This document shows, in pieces, positions 36,404 to 38,233 of a stretch of 38,233 nt of DNA (positions within the stretch are counted from its first letter, which is position 1; every line of letters starts with the position of its first letter). Origin of the DNA: an uncultured bacterium (GTDB taxonomy: Bacteria > Hydrogenedentota > Hydrogenedentia > Hydrogenedentales > JAEUWI01); assembly GCA_963977445.1 (NCBI GenBank), contig CAXBPH010000032.1:1-38233 (forward strand). The letters are read 5' to 3'. The notes beneath the pieces are model-generated. The model ran no database searches. It saw nothing but the letters and a program-made list of their open reading frames with translations, and was not told where the DNA came from. A program made the translations under genes and the position numbers.

Positions 36404-37879
36404 TCAGTCACACCAGATCGAATAGAATTGGCCGTTGCGCACGCCGATTCGTAATTGAATGGGGGTCGAGGGTGGGGGGAGTGGGGTATCCCATGTCAGG
36501 GGCATATCGAGACTATCTAATTCTACCGGCACCGCCGTCGCAATTTTCTGGCCCGTGCTATCCAGCGCTTCGACGGTAATTTCTCCCCAGTTCGCGCGAC
36601 CATTGATGTGTATGGTTGAGCCAGCACGGGTGAAGGGGACCGTCGTGAGGATTCCTCCGGTGTAGTCGCCTTCCATGGCCACAAAGCGATCGCGTTTTAT
36701 CGTTCCATAGCCGATGGCACCTTGAATGGGGCCACTGTCCGTGCCTTCATAGGGATCGTGTCGATAGCGTCGATCGCTATAGTAGAAACGCAACTCGTCT
36801 CCTTCTTCAATGGGCGGATTATTCGCAACAGCGACGTTGAATCGATCCCAATCCCCCACCTCACCATTGGGGATGAATGGTGTGCGGTCGCCTACGCGGG
36901 TAAAGGCGTTGCCGTCGCGGCTCGTGGCAAGCTGTATATTCAAAAAAGAGTCAAGGGGACGGTTTTGGAAATGTTGTACCAGACCAATGTATTGATTGCC
37001 GTATTTGAATACCCCCATGCCGTAGATTTCTGAAGCGATGGCATCATCCAGGTCGGCAGACATCACGATGGGTGCACTGTCGGGGGCGCTATGTTCCCAA
37101 TGGATAAAATCATTGGACGAGGTGTGGGCAACCACCCGGCCCCAAAAATGCTTCTGGTACCACGGGTCGCTTTTCCACGCAGCATCCAGCGCCTCGGGTT
37201 GACGTTTGCTTCGGCCATAGAGATGATAACGCCCCTGTTCCGGGTCATAGGTCCAGTGGGTTGAGCCGTCTACGATGGCATCGGTTGTAAAGGTCTCGAT
37301 GTTGGTCCAGTGTATTCCATCGGGGCTCCCTGCAACCCCGAGACCCCGCCGTTGACCTCGGTGAAAGAGATCCATGTGGGGGCCCTCATAGGGGCGCTCG
37401 ATGCTCAGGTACCCCATCTTATAACGGCGTGTTGGATCCGGGTCCTTGTCATCACGAAAAACGCCGAAGAGTTCATAGAACCAGGGAAAGGGACCCTCGC
37501 CGGGGCTGTCGATGGACGCCCGTACCAGAATGTTGGAGGGTTCGCCCTCCCATGGAACGAGATCCATCAGGGGCTTGGTCCACGTGATGCCATCCTGGCT
37601 TTCCGCGTAACATACGCCTCGGGGCATGTAGTACCACATGCGATATAGGCCGTTTTCCTTCACTACGGAGCCATAGAGCAGGGGGCGTTGCTGTTCCCAG
37701 GCTTTGTCACCCGTGAGCACCGGGTTTTCGACCGCTTTTTCTACCGGCATGATTCGGCGGGTCAGGTTCTCCGAAGTAGCGATAAAATGGTCATCCAGGA
37801 AGAGCTCATGGTTATTTCCGAGGCTAAGGGCCTCGGGGGCGGTCAGCAGAAGGGCAAGTGAAAGGATAAATGGGGTCAT
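36404..37879 (-). CDS. Secreted beta-propeller glycoside hydrolase-like protein (same family as 9187-10761)
   Basis: ELFLDD, YRMWY, YAESQDGITWTKP, SPDGIHW, SRDG and KRDRFV motifs. Probable start is ATG 37879 with a GGAG SD and signal peptide. Confidence 0.65.
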   Translation of the reverse strand: MTPFILSLALLLTAPEALSLGNNHELFLDDHFIATSENLTRRIMPVEKAVENPVLTGDKAWEQQRPLLYGSVVKENGLYRMWYYMPRGVCYAESQDGITWTKPLMDLVPWEGEPSNILVRASIDSPGEGPFPWFYELFGVFRDDKDPDPTRRYKMGYLSIERPYEGPHMDLFHRGQRRGLGVAGSPDGIHWTNIETFTTDAIVDGSTHWTYDPEQGRYHLYGRSKRQPEALDAAWKSDPWYQKHFWGRVVAHTSSNDFIHWEHSAPDSAPIVMSADLDDAIASEIYGMGVFKYGNQYIGLVQHFQNRPLDSFLNIQLATSRDGNAFTRVGDRTPFIPNGEVGDWDRFNVAVANNPPIEEGDELRFYYSDRRYRHDPYEGTDSGPIQGAIGYGTIKRDRFVAMEGDYTGGILTTVPFTRAGSTIHINGRANWGEITVEALDSTGQKIATAVPVELDSLDMPLTWDTPLPPPSTPIQLRIGVRNGQFYSIWCD

Positions 37880-38233
37880 GTTCGATCTCCAGAGAAGTGT
37901 TTGAATGATGTCATGGTAAAAGATCGGCGAAGCCTGTGCAAGAGCATGGAGCAGGGCAATCGCACTAAAATACCCCATCCGTTGCGCCCCATCTGATTTG
38001 ATGAAAGCCGTAGATTGAGGGGTGCCACTTGTCAATCAACATGGATGTGAAGTCGATATCGGGTATTTTAATGTTTCATGGGCGATTAGTGGGGATGACT
38101 TATTCGATATTTCAAGTGCCGTAGGTACAAGGATGACTTGATGGGTTCTTGCGAATCATGTCGTCACGCAATTTTTTTCAGATAAAACGACAAACCATGG
38201 ACGTGCCGCGCGATCTGGTACTCCAGTTCGTGC

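Overview
A 38 kb bacterial chromosomal window, mostly ordinary. It holds secreted hydrolase-like proteins, a small catabolic operon, cobB, a CHASE3/PAS histidine kinase, serS, parAB, gltBD and two stand-alone receiver proteins. The standout is at about 28.2-35.5 kb: five tandem short genes, three of them missing from or mis-started in the ORF track. They encode peptides with a shared leader M(K/R)H(L/I/V)xx(I/L)(S/A)xxPxxA, unrelated amphipathic or hydrophobic cores, and a positionally conserved Lys near the C-terminus. Immediately downstream is a tightly packed operon with two RimJ/RimL-type GNATs, a CPBP (CAAX/Abi) intramembrane protease, an ABC exporter and an unusual RRE-SPASM-GNAT fusion. 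That fusion resembles the SCIFF/ranthipeptide maturase CteB but has lost the radical-SAM CxxxCxxC motif and all AuxI cysteines while keeping the four AuxII cysteines. I infer an uncharacterised RiPP-like pathway for acylated or lipidated peptides that uses a catalytically dead radical-SAM scaffold. Also seen are a nonsense-interrupted DUF4160 gene beside an intact DUF2442 gene, a duplicated alpha/beta hydrolase with an internal deletion, and several REP/MITE-like repeats. All family calls come from motif recognition by eye, not from database searches.
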